A stretch of 32,000 nt of DNA from Candidatus Saccharimonadota bacterium (lineage in GTDB: Bacteria; Patescibacteriota; Saccharimonadia; Saccharimonadales; UBA4665), in the NCBI GenBank assembly GCA_016699935.1, contig CP064992.1, positions 1,140,001 through 1,172,000 on the forward strand, given 5' to 3'. This document shows positions 17,625 through 25,690 of the stretch, in pieces. The notes below the pieces were generated by a model. That model had not been told where the DNA came from. It did no database searches and saw nothing but the letters and a program-made list of their open reading frames with translations. Positions within the stretch are counted from its first letter, which is position 1. Each line of letters starts with the position of its first letter. The position numbers and the translations under genes were made by a program.

Positions 17625-19704
17625 TTATAGGTGTAAGTCGGCTGTAGTCTTTTGCTTGTCGACAAAATCGCAGATGTCATCAATCTTCAGGTAGAAGATG
17701 TCGTTGACTTCATGAAGCACACCAGCATCTACGTACATTTGGGCAAGTTTAAGCGTATACATGCGAATGATGTAATACATTCTGGTAGAAGTGTCGCGTA
17801 ATTCTTCACGCCACCAGAGAAGTGAGCGTATATCCTCGATGCTCCTCACGAGGGTTTTGTATTTTCTGGATGATACTTTGGCCTGTAGCGCAATGAGTTC
17901 TTTTTGGTATGACTGCTTTTGCTTGGCCTCTGGGTCGGTATCAATCACTGATGGGCCAAGCACAATGGCGTCCTTAACCATCTGGATAATCCGCTCGGTA
18001 TCTTCAAAGTAACACTGATGTGTTATGTCAAGCTCTTTATCCGAGTGATAGCCGTATGTCTCAACGTACACGCGGACATCATTCAGGAAGTGTTGCGTAC
18101 CGCCCTGGTCATAGCATGTTTTGATAGCTTTGGCCGATGTGTTGCGCCAATAATCGCTGCTCGCAGTGTTAGCGGTAATCTTGCGGCCCAGGGCCCACAT
18201 ATCCCGCGCTGGTAAAACATGTGAAATATTATCAAGCCCGCCAAGCAGGGTGAGGTATTCAGCATAACTGACGTGTTTTAGCAATTTATCCTTAAACAGC
18301 GTTTGGCGAATGGTATTGATAAAAATCTGCCAAAAGTACGTGCCCTCGGTCTGCAAGTAATCTTTACGAATAAGTGTCCGCCAAAGTCCTTGCAACTCAT
18401 CCAGGGTATATTGCTTGGACCACCTGTCACGATAGTCTCGATAGCTCTGTAGTACTGCTGCTCTGTGGGCCTCGACTGTCGCCTTCTGCTGCTTGTAAAT
18501 GCGAAGCTGGGGGCCAACCATGAGGAGCACATTCCTAAGCGAGCGAAGGATAAGCCTGTTACCTTGCCTTTGCCCTTGTAAGTACTGGTAATACCCAGCT
18601 CGTCATCGAACTCCTTTCAATATATCCTGGTACTTTAGCCATTGCCTCTTTACGACACTTGCATTCCAATACGGCCGGCCGTAAAACATATTGCCTAGCT
18701 TGCGCATCTCTGATGATTTCATGATTTTCGACTGAGTCAAAACTTGTAGAGCATTGTTTCCCAGATGAACTCATACAGGCTCCACATATACGGCGTGCAT
18801 ACAGTTGCCGATACGCCGCCGTCCTTGAAGTCAGCCATCGTCCACTGGTCGAGTATTTCACCATACAGAATCCTGGTGATAGCCCGCGCCTGCAAGATAA
18901 AAAGCTCGTCATTACGCACTGCAAATTCGATGTCGACAGGATAGCCAAAAAGGCTTGCAGCTTCAGCGCAGTATCCACGATGGTCTGTTGCATAGCAGGA
19001 GGAATGACTGGACTATCTGGGCGCTCTACGTATACACCATCGTACCAGTTGTAGACGTAGCGCTCCGCTGCAACCTTGCCAGTTACCAGGTTCTCGCCGA
19101 GGCCTTTGGTAGCCTCAACGATTATCTCTTTGTCTACACCTGTAACGGGATTTACGGTGAAGATGACGCCGCTGGCGTTGGCGGGCACCATTTCCTGCAC
19201 AATGACAGCCATCTGAAGATTCTGCACGTCTAGATTATTATCTATCATGTACGAGAGTACCGTTTCATCAAACATGGACTGATAGCAGGCAATGATCTTC
19301 TGGCATATGTCATCAATGCCATGTACGTTCAGAAACGTCTTATACTGCCCGGCAAATGATAATTCAGGTAGATCTTCCTTGAGCCCGCTACTTCTAACTG
19401 CATACAAGACGCCTTGTTTGAGATGTTTCTCGATGTCATGCCGTAGGCTATCCATGATTGTGCATGTGCCAATAAGCGATGTTAGGCGATCACTGACATC
19501 ACAAACCGTTCCTTTGGTTATCTGCGCACAGAGTTTCGCTACTTTTTTGGATGTATCGTTGTCAGCAATAATGCTCTGCATGGTTCTGCTATCAAGAATA
19601 AAGCCGTCCGGGACATTGAACCCCTCATGCTTCATTCGTGACAAGAAAAGCGCTTTATTGCCAATTGTGCGCTCTCCTCCCTGACCACCGATTGTTGTAA
19701 GCAT
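17625..19704 (-). CDS. PEP-utilising dikinase-type protein lacking the swivel domain (ATP-grasp PPDK_N + central helical domain); five clustered frame breaks
   Basis: ORF 18559..19704 contains GNKALFLSRMKHEGFNVPDGF, YAVRSSGLKEDLPELSFAGQYKTFLNV and VIVQEMVPANASGVIFTVNP. It continues through fragments FFGYPVDIEFAVRNDELFILQARAITR... / LTQSKIMKSSEMRKLGNMFYGRPYWNASVV / KEAMAKVPGYIE / FDDELGITSTYKGKGKVTGL into ORF 17625..18530, the central domain, which is similar to the middle of the 847-aa paralogue. Breaks lie at about 18949, 18740, 18650, 18616 and 18537. Confidence 0.75.
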
Positions 19705-19706
19705 GT

Positions 19707-20299
19707 TTATACGTTCTTCTTAAGCTTCACTGCATACAATAATACATTAGTAACGATGTGCGTTGTACCCCCAATCGTCACATATGCCAGGTAGAACCAG
19801 ATCGTCATCGGATAGAAAAAGCTTACCACTAGCACGCAGCCAAAAAGTGAATCGACTTGGTCGAGCACTAGAAATGGAATACCCCTAATGCCTCTTGGTG
19901 TCTTGCCTGATCTAATCCCTAGTCTCCGCTTCATGTAGCTATTCGGCAATTCAAACAATACGTATGCGAAACCGACGATACAGCCTACTAACAGATTGAA
20001 CACGACAGTATTGGCGTGGGTGTGGTATAGAAAGTTATGGGCAGATACTGAGGGAATGAGGCTGCAAATAAAGCCCCAGATGACGGTAATTAGCCCCGTT
20101 AGGACTACCATCCCCAGAACCCTTTCCATGTTTTATTGTCACCAAATAAACGCCGATTGTCTGAAAGCAGTCGCTTGCCATCCATAGAATGTTTCATACC
20201 ATTCAAGAATGTCGATTTGACAAAGACCATATTCAACACACCAGCCAGAATAACTGGCAATAGCGTCACATACATTCCCAGGACGAGGGTTAACTGCAT
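19707..20299 (-). CDS. CarS-like (CDP-archaeol synthase / DUF46 family) CTP-dependent membrane transferase; one frame break
   Basis: ORFs 20105..20299 and 19707..20129 join at the C4 run 20112-20115. The motifs MDGKRLLSDNRRLFGDNKTWKGFWG and PNSYMKRRLGIRSGKTPRGIRGIPFLVLDQVDSLFG match my memory of the CarS family consensus (P.D.G...DG.R..G..KTW.G and SF.KRR.G...G...P..DQ.D). About five TM segments. It is the first gene of the operon, with an AGGAAGG SD and a TATAAT at 20323-20318. Confidence 0.7.
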
Positions 20300-20746
20300 C
20301 TACCTTCCTTTTTCTCGATTATACATCAAAATACGTCGATGATGGCGGGTGATCTGCAGAGAATCAATACGAACCCATCTCATATCTTTCTCTGAAGTTC
20401 AAGGGTAAAAACTGGCGAGAAAGATAGCAGAACTGTGCAACAAGGCGTAACCATTGATACGCCGCGAAGCAAAGGACTGGTAGCTTTCCGTCAGTTTTGG
20501 TCGCAGAACAGAGATAAAATATGAAATGGGTTCTACGTCAGTATTGTATGATCCACCGCCAACTGTTCGATAGAAATCTTCGATATGCCAACAGTCTTGA
20601 CTTACGTAAAATACTTTGTGGAACACCTCAAAGATCTATTCGTTGACCACTGTAATCCCATCATGCAGGCACACGTTTTTTGGCGTCATTTTCGATCAGA
20701 CGCCAAACTACGCAGAAATAGCCTGTGTAACCGCCGAACTATCAAA

Positions 20747-20790
20747 ATCCCAGGAGTGAACGAGCTTTGTAAGCTCGCAGATCCTGGGAT
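20747..20790 (-). terminator. long imperfect hairpin with U-tract (possible terminator)
   Basis: ATCCCAGGA (20747-20755) pairs with TCCTGGGAT (20782-20790), with an inner CGAGC/GCTCG stem. On the minus strand it is followed by ttttgatagtt. It sits 9 nt after the tRNA 3-prime-end fragment. Confidence 0.4.
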
Positions 20791-20798
20791 TGTTGATT

Positions 20799-20817
20799 TG
20801 GTGCGCGAGAGAGGACT
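20799..20817 (-). repeat. 19-nt exact copy of the tRNA-Leu 3-prime end (T-loop end + acceptor + CCA)
   Basis: tggtgcgcgagagaggact is identical to 20996-21014, the 3-prime end of the intact tRNA-Leu 197 bp upstream on the same strand. The upstream part does not fold as a tRNA. Confidence 0.85.
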
Positions 20818-20960
20818 AGCGCACTCGGTTTGCGCTGCAAAGCCGGGTACTTCTCCGCTACGGCGTGCTCGGTGCAAGCACCTGTGCGCGTCCTCGCTCC
20901 GCGACCTCCCGTTCGCTAAGCTCACTCACGAGGTTCTGCGTCCTCTTACGCTTTCAGACC

Positions 20961-20992
20961 AAAACAAAACCGGTCATAGAGACCGGCTCTTG
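20961..20992 (-). terminator. rho-independent terminator immediately after tRNA-Leu
   Basis: Minus strand reads aaaacaagaGCCGGTCtctatGACCGGTtttgttttgg: stem 20970-20975 / 20981-20986 (extendable with G-U pairs), followed by a U-rich tract. Confidence 0.6.
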
Positions 20993-20995
20993 TTT

Positions 20996-21079
20996 TGGTG
21001 CGCGAGAGAGGACTTGAACCTCCATGCCTTTCGGCACCAGCTCCTAAAACTGGCGTGTCTACCATTCCACCACTCGCGC
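20996..21079 (-). tRNA. tRNA-Leu (anticodon UAG), type II with long variable arm, CCA encoded
   Basis: Minus strand reads GCGCGAG-TG-GTGGAATGGTAGACAC-G-CCAGT-TTTAGGA-GCTGG-TGCCGAAAGGCAT-GGAGG-TTCAAGT-CCTCT-CTCGCGC-A-CCA. Folded by hand: 7-bp acceptor stem, anticodon loop TT-TAG-GA, variable stem-loop, and a T arm with TTCAAGT. Confidence 0.9.
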
Positions 21080-21203
21080 ATATAACCAAAAAGGTTCAAG
21101 AATTATTATATCGGACTTGGTCGTTCCGCGACCCCGCAACTTCATCTTTGAAAACAAGTTTTCAAGAGAAGATTGCCTTGCGAACCGCCACAGGCGGCTC
21201 TCA

Positions 21204-21265
21204 CCTCCATGCCTTTTAAGCACCAGCTCCTAAAACTGGCGTGTCTACCATTCCACCACTCGCGC
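21204..21265 (-). pseudogene. truncated upstream paralogue of tRNA-Leu(UAG): 5-prime two-thirds only
   Basis: 62 nt match positions 1 to about 62 of the intact tRNA, differing only in the variable loop (ttaaaa versus cgaaa). After GGCATGGAGG the sequence diverges (tgagagccgcctgtggcgg...), with no T-loop or acceptor 3-prime strand. Both copies have TATAATAAT at the same offset (21102-21110 and 21288-21296, 23 nt from the 5-prime end). Confidence 0.75.
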
Positions 21266-21406
21266 ATTCAATATAATAGTGGTACGTATTATTATAGCGA
21301 ACTTTTTATATTTTGCACGACACCTTAACTGCTTGCAACTCCAAATAAACCATTAAAATAAATGCGCATTTACGGGCGAGAATTATTTTGATACTATTCT
21401 GGAAAT

Positions 21407-22159
21407 ATGGCAGAAGAAATCGTTGTAGTTAAATTTGGCTCAGAGCTTATAACTGACCAGAATGGGCTAAATCCTGAGGCGATACAAGGCTATGTAAATG
21501 GCTTATGCAAGTACCACGAAGGTGCAAGTCTAGTTGTTATAACCTCTGGTGCGGTTGCGACCGGTCGACACATTTTGTCGGAAAATGGCAAGGATAATAC
21601 TAAATTCAGCGATCAGCAGCGAGCACAACTTGGAGGCAGCGTAGTTTTTACGGCTTGGCAGTCCGCCTTCGAACGTGCTGGTCATATGGCAGGTGGTTTG
21701 CTGATCACCCATCATGACCTAACGCTTTCTGCTGAAAGTAATAGTTTGCGTAATTTGCTACAAAGAAATATAAGTAGTGGCATTATTTCAGTGATTAATG
21801 CCAACGACGCGCTGAATTTAGCAGAGCTACTACAGCTTCCAGCAGGTGCTGATAATGACGCTCTAGCCTCACACATAGCTCGGTTTATGCATGCGACCAG
21901 ACTGAGACTGTTTACACTAGGTGGAGGTATTGTTGATGATACCGACCAGTTAGTTGAGCTGGTAACTGAGCAAAATATCGGCTCTGTGACAGATATGGTC
22001 AGCCAGAGAAAACCGGGCAATGGCCGAGGTGGCATACAAAACAAATTAGCATCTGCTTGGGATTATGTGATTCATACGAAAGGAATCGCTGAAATTTCGA
22101 AGCCAGACAAACTGATGGGTGGGAATACTCAAACCGTTTTACGCTCAATAGCTTGTTAG
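21407..22159 (+). CDS. proB: amino-acid-kinase family protein, glutamate 5-kinase-like (no PUA domain)
   Basis: 250 aa. It aligns by eye with E. coli ProB: VVVKFGSELIT (VVKLGTSVLT), VVITSGAVATGR (VIVTSGAIAAGR), ISVINANDAL (VPVINENDAV), AGADNDALASHIA (VGDNDNLSALAA), GRGGIQNKLASA (GTGGMSTKLQAA). No proA is adjacent. Confidence 0.7.
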   Translation: MAEEIVVVKFGSELITDQNGLNPEAIQGYVNGLCKYHEGASLVVITSGAVATGRHILSENGKDNTKFSDQQRAQLGGSVVFTAWQSAFERAGHMAGGLLITHHDLTLSAESNSLRNLLQRNISSGIISVINANDALNLAELLQLPAGADNDALASHIARFMHATRLRLFTLGGGIVDDTDQLVELVTEQNIGSVTDMVSQRKPGNGRGGIQNKLASAWDYVIHTKGIAEISKPDKLMGGNTQTVLRSIAC

Positions 22160-22160
22160 C

Positions 22161-22691
22161 TTAGTTTTTGCGGTAAAAAACCAGCTGAATATCACCGAGT
22201 GGTTTGTGAGCAACAACTTCAGCTGTGGCAAATTCACGTACCTTTTCTTTTCCGGGCCAAGACAGTACATAAATACCGCCTGGCTTGACATGCTGCAAAA
22301 GTCGCTCGAGGACATTTGGGCGGATGTCATCATAGGGTGGATCGGCTACTACAATGTCAAACTGACGGTTTTGGTTGTTACGCGACCAACCGCTGATGTT
22401 TTTACGCAACACCTGCACATATTCTTCTAGGCCTAGAGCCTTTACATTGGCAGAAATTGTCTTTACGGCTTCAATATCTACCTCTATGGCTAGAGCGCTT
22501 GCCGCGCCCCGACTCATCGCTTCTACCGCAATTGCACCACTACCTGAGTAGGCGTCTAAAAACGTTAGCCCTTCCACGTCTCCAAGCGCGTTAAATATAG
22601 CACCACGGGCTTTTTCGCTCATAGGGTGCGTGCGATGCCCAAGAGGGCTCTCGAACATACGCCCGCCAAGTTGTCCTGCGATGACCCTCAT
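22161..22691 (-). CDS. rsmD: 16S rRNA (guanine966-N2)-methyltransferase
   Basis: 176 aa: MRVIAGQLGGRMFESPLGHRTHPMSEKARGAIFNAL, LDAYSGSGAIAVEAMSRGA, FDIVVADPPYD (the DPPY motif). This is the typical RsmD length and order. Confidence 0.9.
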   Translation of the reverse strand: MRVIAGQLGGRMFESPLGHRTHPMSEKARGAIFNALGDVEGLTFLDAYSGSGAIAVEAMSRGAASALAIEVDIEAVKTISANVKALGLEEYVQVLRKNISGWSRNNQNRQFDIVVADPPYDDIRPNVLERLLQHVKPGGIYVLSWPGKEKVREFATAEVVAHKPLGDIQLVFYRKN

Positions 22692-23472
22692 GGGCCTTCC
22701 TTTTGGGCGTCAGTGAGCGCACAGTGCCATACAAACGCTACTGTCAGGACAATATCGGGTATCAGATCACGTCTGACTTGATTCCCTAGCTTAGGAAGCC
22801 AGCCGTGCCGATAAAACTGCTCATAGTAACGCCCCGCTGCTATCTTTTTCGCCTGGGATTTAAAAATAACAGATACGGCTTACTCCCCGTTAGCGTTGAA
22901 TAGGATTGCGGTAAACCAAGCTTACGGTACCGCATAGGCAAAACCAGCAATGCTATACCCGCCTCAAAGGCAATATGCGTCGCAAGCAGACCTTTATCTC
23001 CCCACATGCTCCAATTGTTATGCATTTTTTCGCGCACAGTGTCACCGGGCATCATAAGCTTTTCTTTCGGGGTACGCCGTGTTTCGATCCCCTGTCCTTT
23101 CCGAAGCCGCTTCAGCTCCTGTTCATAGGGGTAGTGGTGCGCTGGAGTTAAGCCATCTACGACAGCATGGGCTAACCACGCTGCCTCAAAACTTGCTCGC
23201 GTATCGTTACCGGAGCTAATTGCCGCCACAAGTTGATTGTAGTGAGCCGCTATAATATCGAGGAGTTTTGTGTCAGCGGGATCATATGGATCATAGTAGT
23301 GCCACGGTTCATCTTGGGCTGGCGTCTTGCGCTTGATAGCATCAGGGCCATTTGAACCCTCAAAAGTGAGTATCTGTCTCACGCGCGGAAAACGTTTCAG
23401 TGCCACCTCGGTTTCTGTGCCGCGCAAGTGCTGCCAGGCGAGGCGGTTGATTTTTGGTGCGCCCCGAACCAT
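22688..23472 (-). CDS. conserved hypothetical protein (His-rich); one frame break near the 3-prime end
   Basis: ORF 22840..23472 plus a shifted tail (...VSVIFKSQAKKIAAGRYYEQFYRHGWLPKLGNQVRRDLIPDIVLTVAFVWHCALTDAQKEGP-stop) whose TGA overlaps the rsmD ATG (ATGA at 22688-22691). The break lies near 22860-22870. It contains AWLAHAVVDGLTPAHHYPYE, so it could be a metal-binding hydrolase, but no family is securely recognised. Confidence 0.5.
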
Positions 23473-23634
23473 CGATCGAGGTTACGAAGCTGGTGGAACG
23501 TTGATCCTGAATACATTACCGGACTCTGGCCTTTGCTACAGCGTGAATCATAAAGAATGAATCATGCAGCCTTAAACTAAAAAGAGATTTTTCGGTGTAT
23601 TCATAATTATTGATTCACTTTATCGTAATTGGAT

Positions 23635-25675
23635 TTAATTTAAGTTTGTAACCCGGCGCAGTTTATCAACTCGCATGGAAAGCTCGTTGTATTGTAACAA
23701 ATTTTCACCACTCTCTATGAACGCCTGAGCCGCTTTTCGCGCTTCAGCAATCAACGTGGTATCTGACAGCTTCACAACACGCAGGTCAAGAGCGCCGTGT
23801 TGCATGGCGCCGTAGATTGCCCCGGGACCCCGGAGCTCCAGGTCTAGTTCGGCCAAGCGGAAGCCATCATTACTCGATTCTATAGCGCGAAGACGCTTTG
23901 ATGGCGCATTCGTGTCGCTAAGCAGGAGGAAGCAGTGAGACTGCTGGCTACCGCGACCGACTCGCCCACGAAGCTGATGAAGCTGCGCTAAGCCAAACCT
24001 TTCTGCCGATTCAATGACCATAATCGTTGCGTTTGGCACATCTACCCCGACCTCAATAACGGTAGTAGCAACGAGCACTTCCAATTCGTGGCGAATGAAT
24101 GCTTGCATGACGGCTTCTTTTTCGCTCGGCTTCATCTTGCCGTGAAGCAATCCAACCCGACAACCCTTCAGCTGTTTTTTCTGAAGTTCTGCAAAGACAG
24201 TTTCGACGGCAGCTCCCTTTGACTCTTGAATCATGTCTCTTGACTCTATCAACGGGCAGACCACAAAGGCTTGTCGCCCAGCCGCGATTTCACCGCGGAG
24301 GCTTTCGTACAATCTGTCACGGTTCACCGGGGAGACCAGCGTGGTTTCTATTGGCAATCGCCCAGCTGGCTTTTCTTTCAGTATAGAAATGTCGAGCTCG
24401 CCGTACAGCGTCAGCGCCAGGCTACGTGGAATTGGTGTGGCCGTGAGCGAGAGGACGTGTGGCATATGACCTGCTTTAGCCATAAGCGCCTTGCGCTGTT
24501 CCACGCCAAATCGATGTTGCTCATCGACGATGATAAGCCCTAACCGCTGCATGTCGACTTTCTCTTGAAACAGGGCATGCGTACTGACCATAATCTGGGC
24601 GCCGCCCTGTGCAATTTCCGCGTGTGCCTGTGCCTTCAATTTTGGCGTCATACTGCCCACCAGAAGGTGCGGGCGTAACCCAAAGGTCTTCAGCATGGGA
24701 TACAGCGTTGCAGCATGCTGCATCGCCAGCAACTCGGTTGGTGCCATAAACGCCACCTGGAAGCCCTCCTTGGCCGCCATGAGTGCCGCCATCGCCGCAA
24801 CGACCGTTTTACCCGAACCGACATCACCTTCTACGAGCCGATTCATTGGGTAATGATGTTCCATATCCTGATATGCCTGCCAAAACGGCACGGCGTTGGT
24901 CGTCGGTTAGCGTAAAGGGCAGCTTGGACACAAACCGTTTAGCTAGCTCAGCGTTGAAAGGTATGGACAGTGCATTTTCTCGCATACTTTCTTGTTTGTT
25001 CAGCAAACTCGCGAGACTGAGCTCAAACACTTCTTCAAACCCCAATCGCCGCCGAGCTAACGCTAGCTGTTCGGAAGTTTGCGGAAAGTGCATTGCTTCG
25101 ATGGCTTCCGCCCGAGAGAGTAAAGTCGCCTCAGTTACTATCCACCCGGGAAGTGTTTCGGGCAGTGTCCGAAGTGTCGGGACGCAGGCAGCAATCAGCT
25201 TCCGGAGCTGATTCGTCGAGACAAGCTTTGACTGCCGATAGACTGGCACAATCCGTGCCGTGTTGACCGGGAAGTCTTTCACCTGTTCAGCGCTGGGGTT
25301 CATGATCTGAAAGCGTTGATGACTCAGTTCGTACAATCCGCTCACATAGTACTCGTGTCCAGGCTTCAGAGCGGCCGCTCGGTAGGGCTGGTTAAACCAC
25401 ACAGCCCGCACGCTGCCAGTTTCATCTGAAAACACCGCCTCGGTGATGTGCATGCCCCGGCGCACATAGCGCCCAGTGGCTTGCTTCACGGTTGCTTTTA
25501 CGGTCACGGCTCCTGGTCGCAAATCTTTAACCATCAATACTTCCGAATAATCCTCATAGCGCATCGGCAAGTAATCCACTAAATCAAAAACCGTGTTGAT
25601 ACCAAGGCTCTTGATGCCTTTTGCTATGGCTGGCCCGACACCATTTACGGTCTCAACACTGTCTGATAGTTTCAC
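23635..25675 (-). CDS. recG: ATP-dependent DNA helicase RecG; one frame break
   Basis: ORF 24824..25675 is the wedge/OB N-terminus with a GTG start. ORF 23635..24891 is the helicase core: GDVGSGKT (Walker A), DEQHRFG, SLTATPIPRSL, VIESAERFGLAQLHQLRGRVGRG. The two join near 24885-24895 (LPFTLTDDQRRA / WQAYQDMEHHYPMNRLVEGDVGSGKT). Confidence 0.9.
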
Positions 25676-25690
25676 TCTTCTATGGTACCA

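Noticed and set aside
20399-20626. 75-aa minus-strand ORF upstream of the lipid operon
   Set aside because: No SD, no recognisable domain, odd composition. It cannot be supported as a gene from sequence alone. It is kept only as part of the unexplained 0.7-kb gap.
20799-20960. tmRNA, SRP RNA, RNase P RNA or a complete tRNA ending in the CCA-bearing 19-mer
   Set aside because: There is no matching 5-prime acceptor strand (GCGCGAG) or T-stem upstream. There is no G-U alanine identity pair or tag ORF for tmRNA. No GGAAGCAGCC-type SRP motif and no GAAAGTCCGG RNase P motif were seen. Only the last 19 nt are tRNA-like.
20585-21085. + strand ORF of 166 aa, and the 74-aa ORF at 20995..21219
   Set aside because: They run straight through the tRNA-Leu gene, its terminator and the GC-rich non-coding segment. 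Composition is Arg/Cys/His-rich, typical of out-of-context translation.
21080-21265. Intron-containing or split tRNA-Leu (the upstream 5-prime part spliced to a distant 3-prime part)
   Set aside because: The would-be 3-prime exon would have to start with TTCAAGT. The only free 3-prime fragment (20799-20817) lacks the first four T-loop bases. A complete, independently promoted tRNA-Leu also lies in between. No group I intron core elements were recognised.
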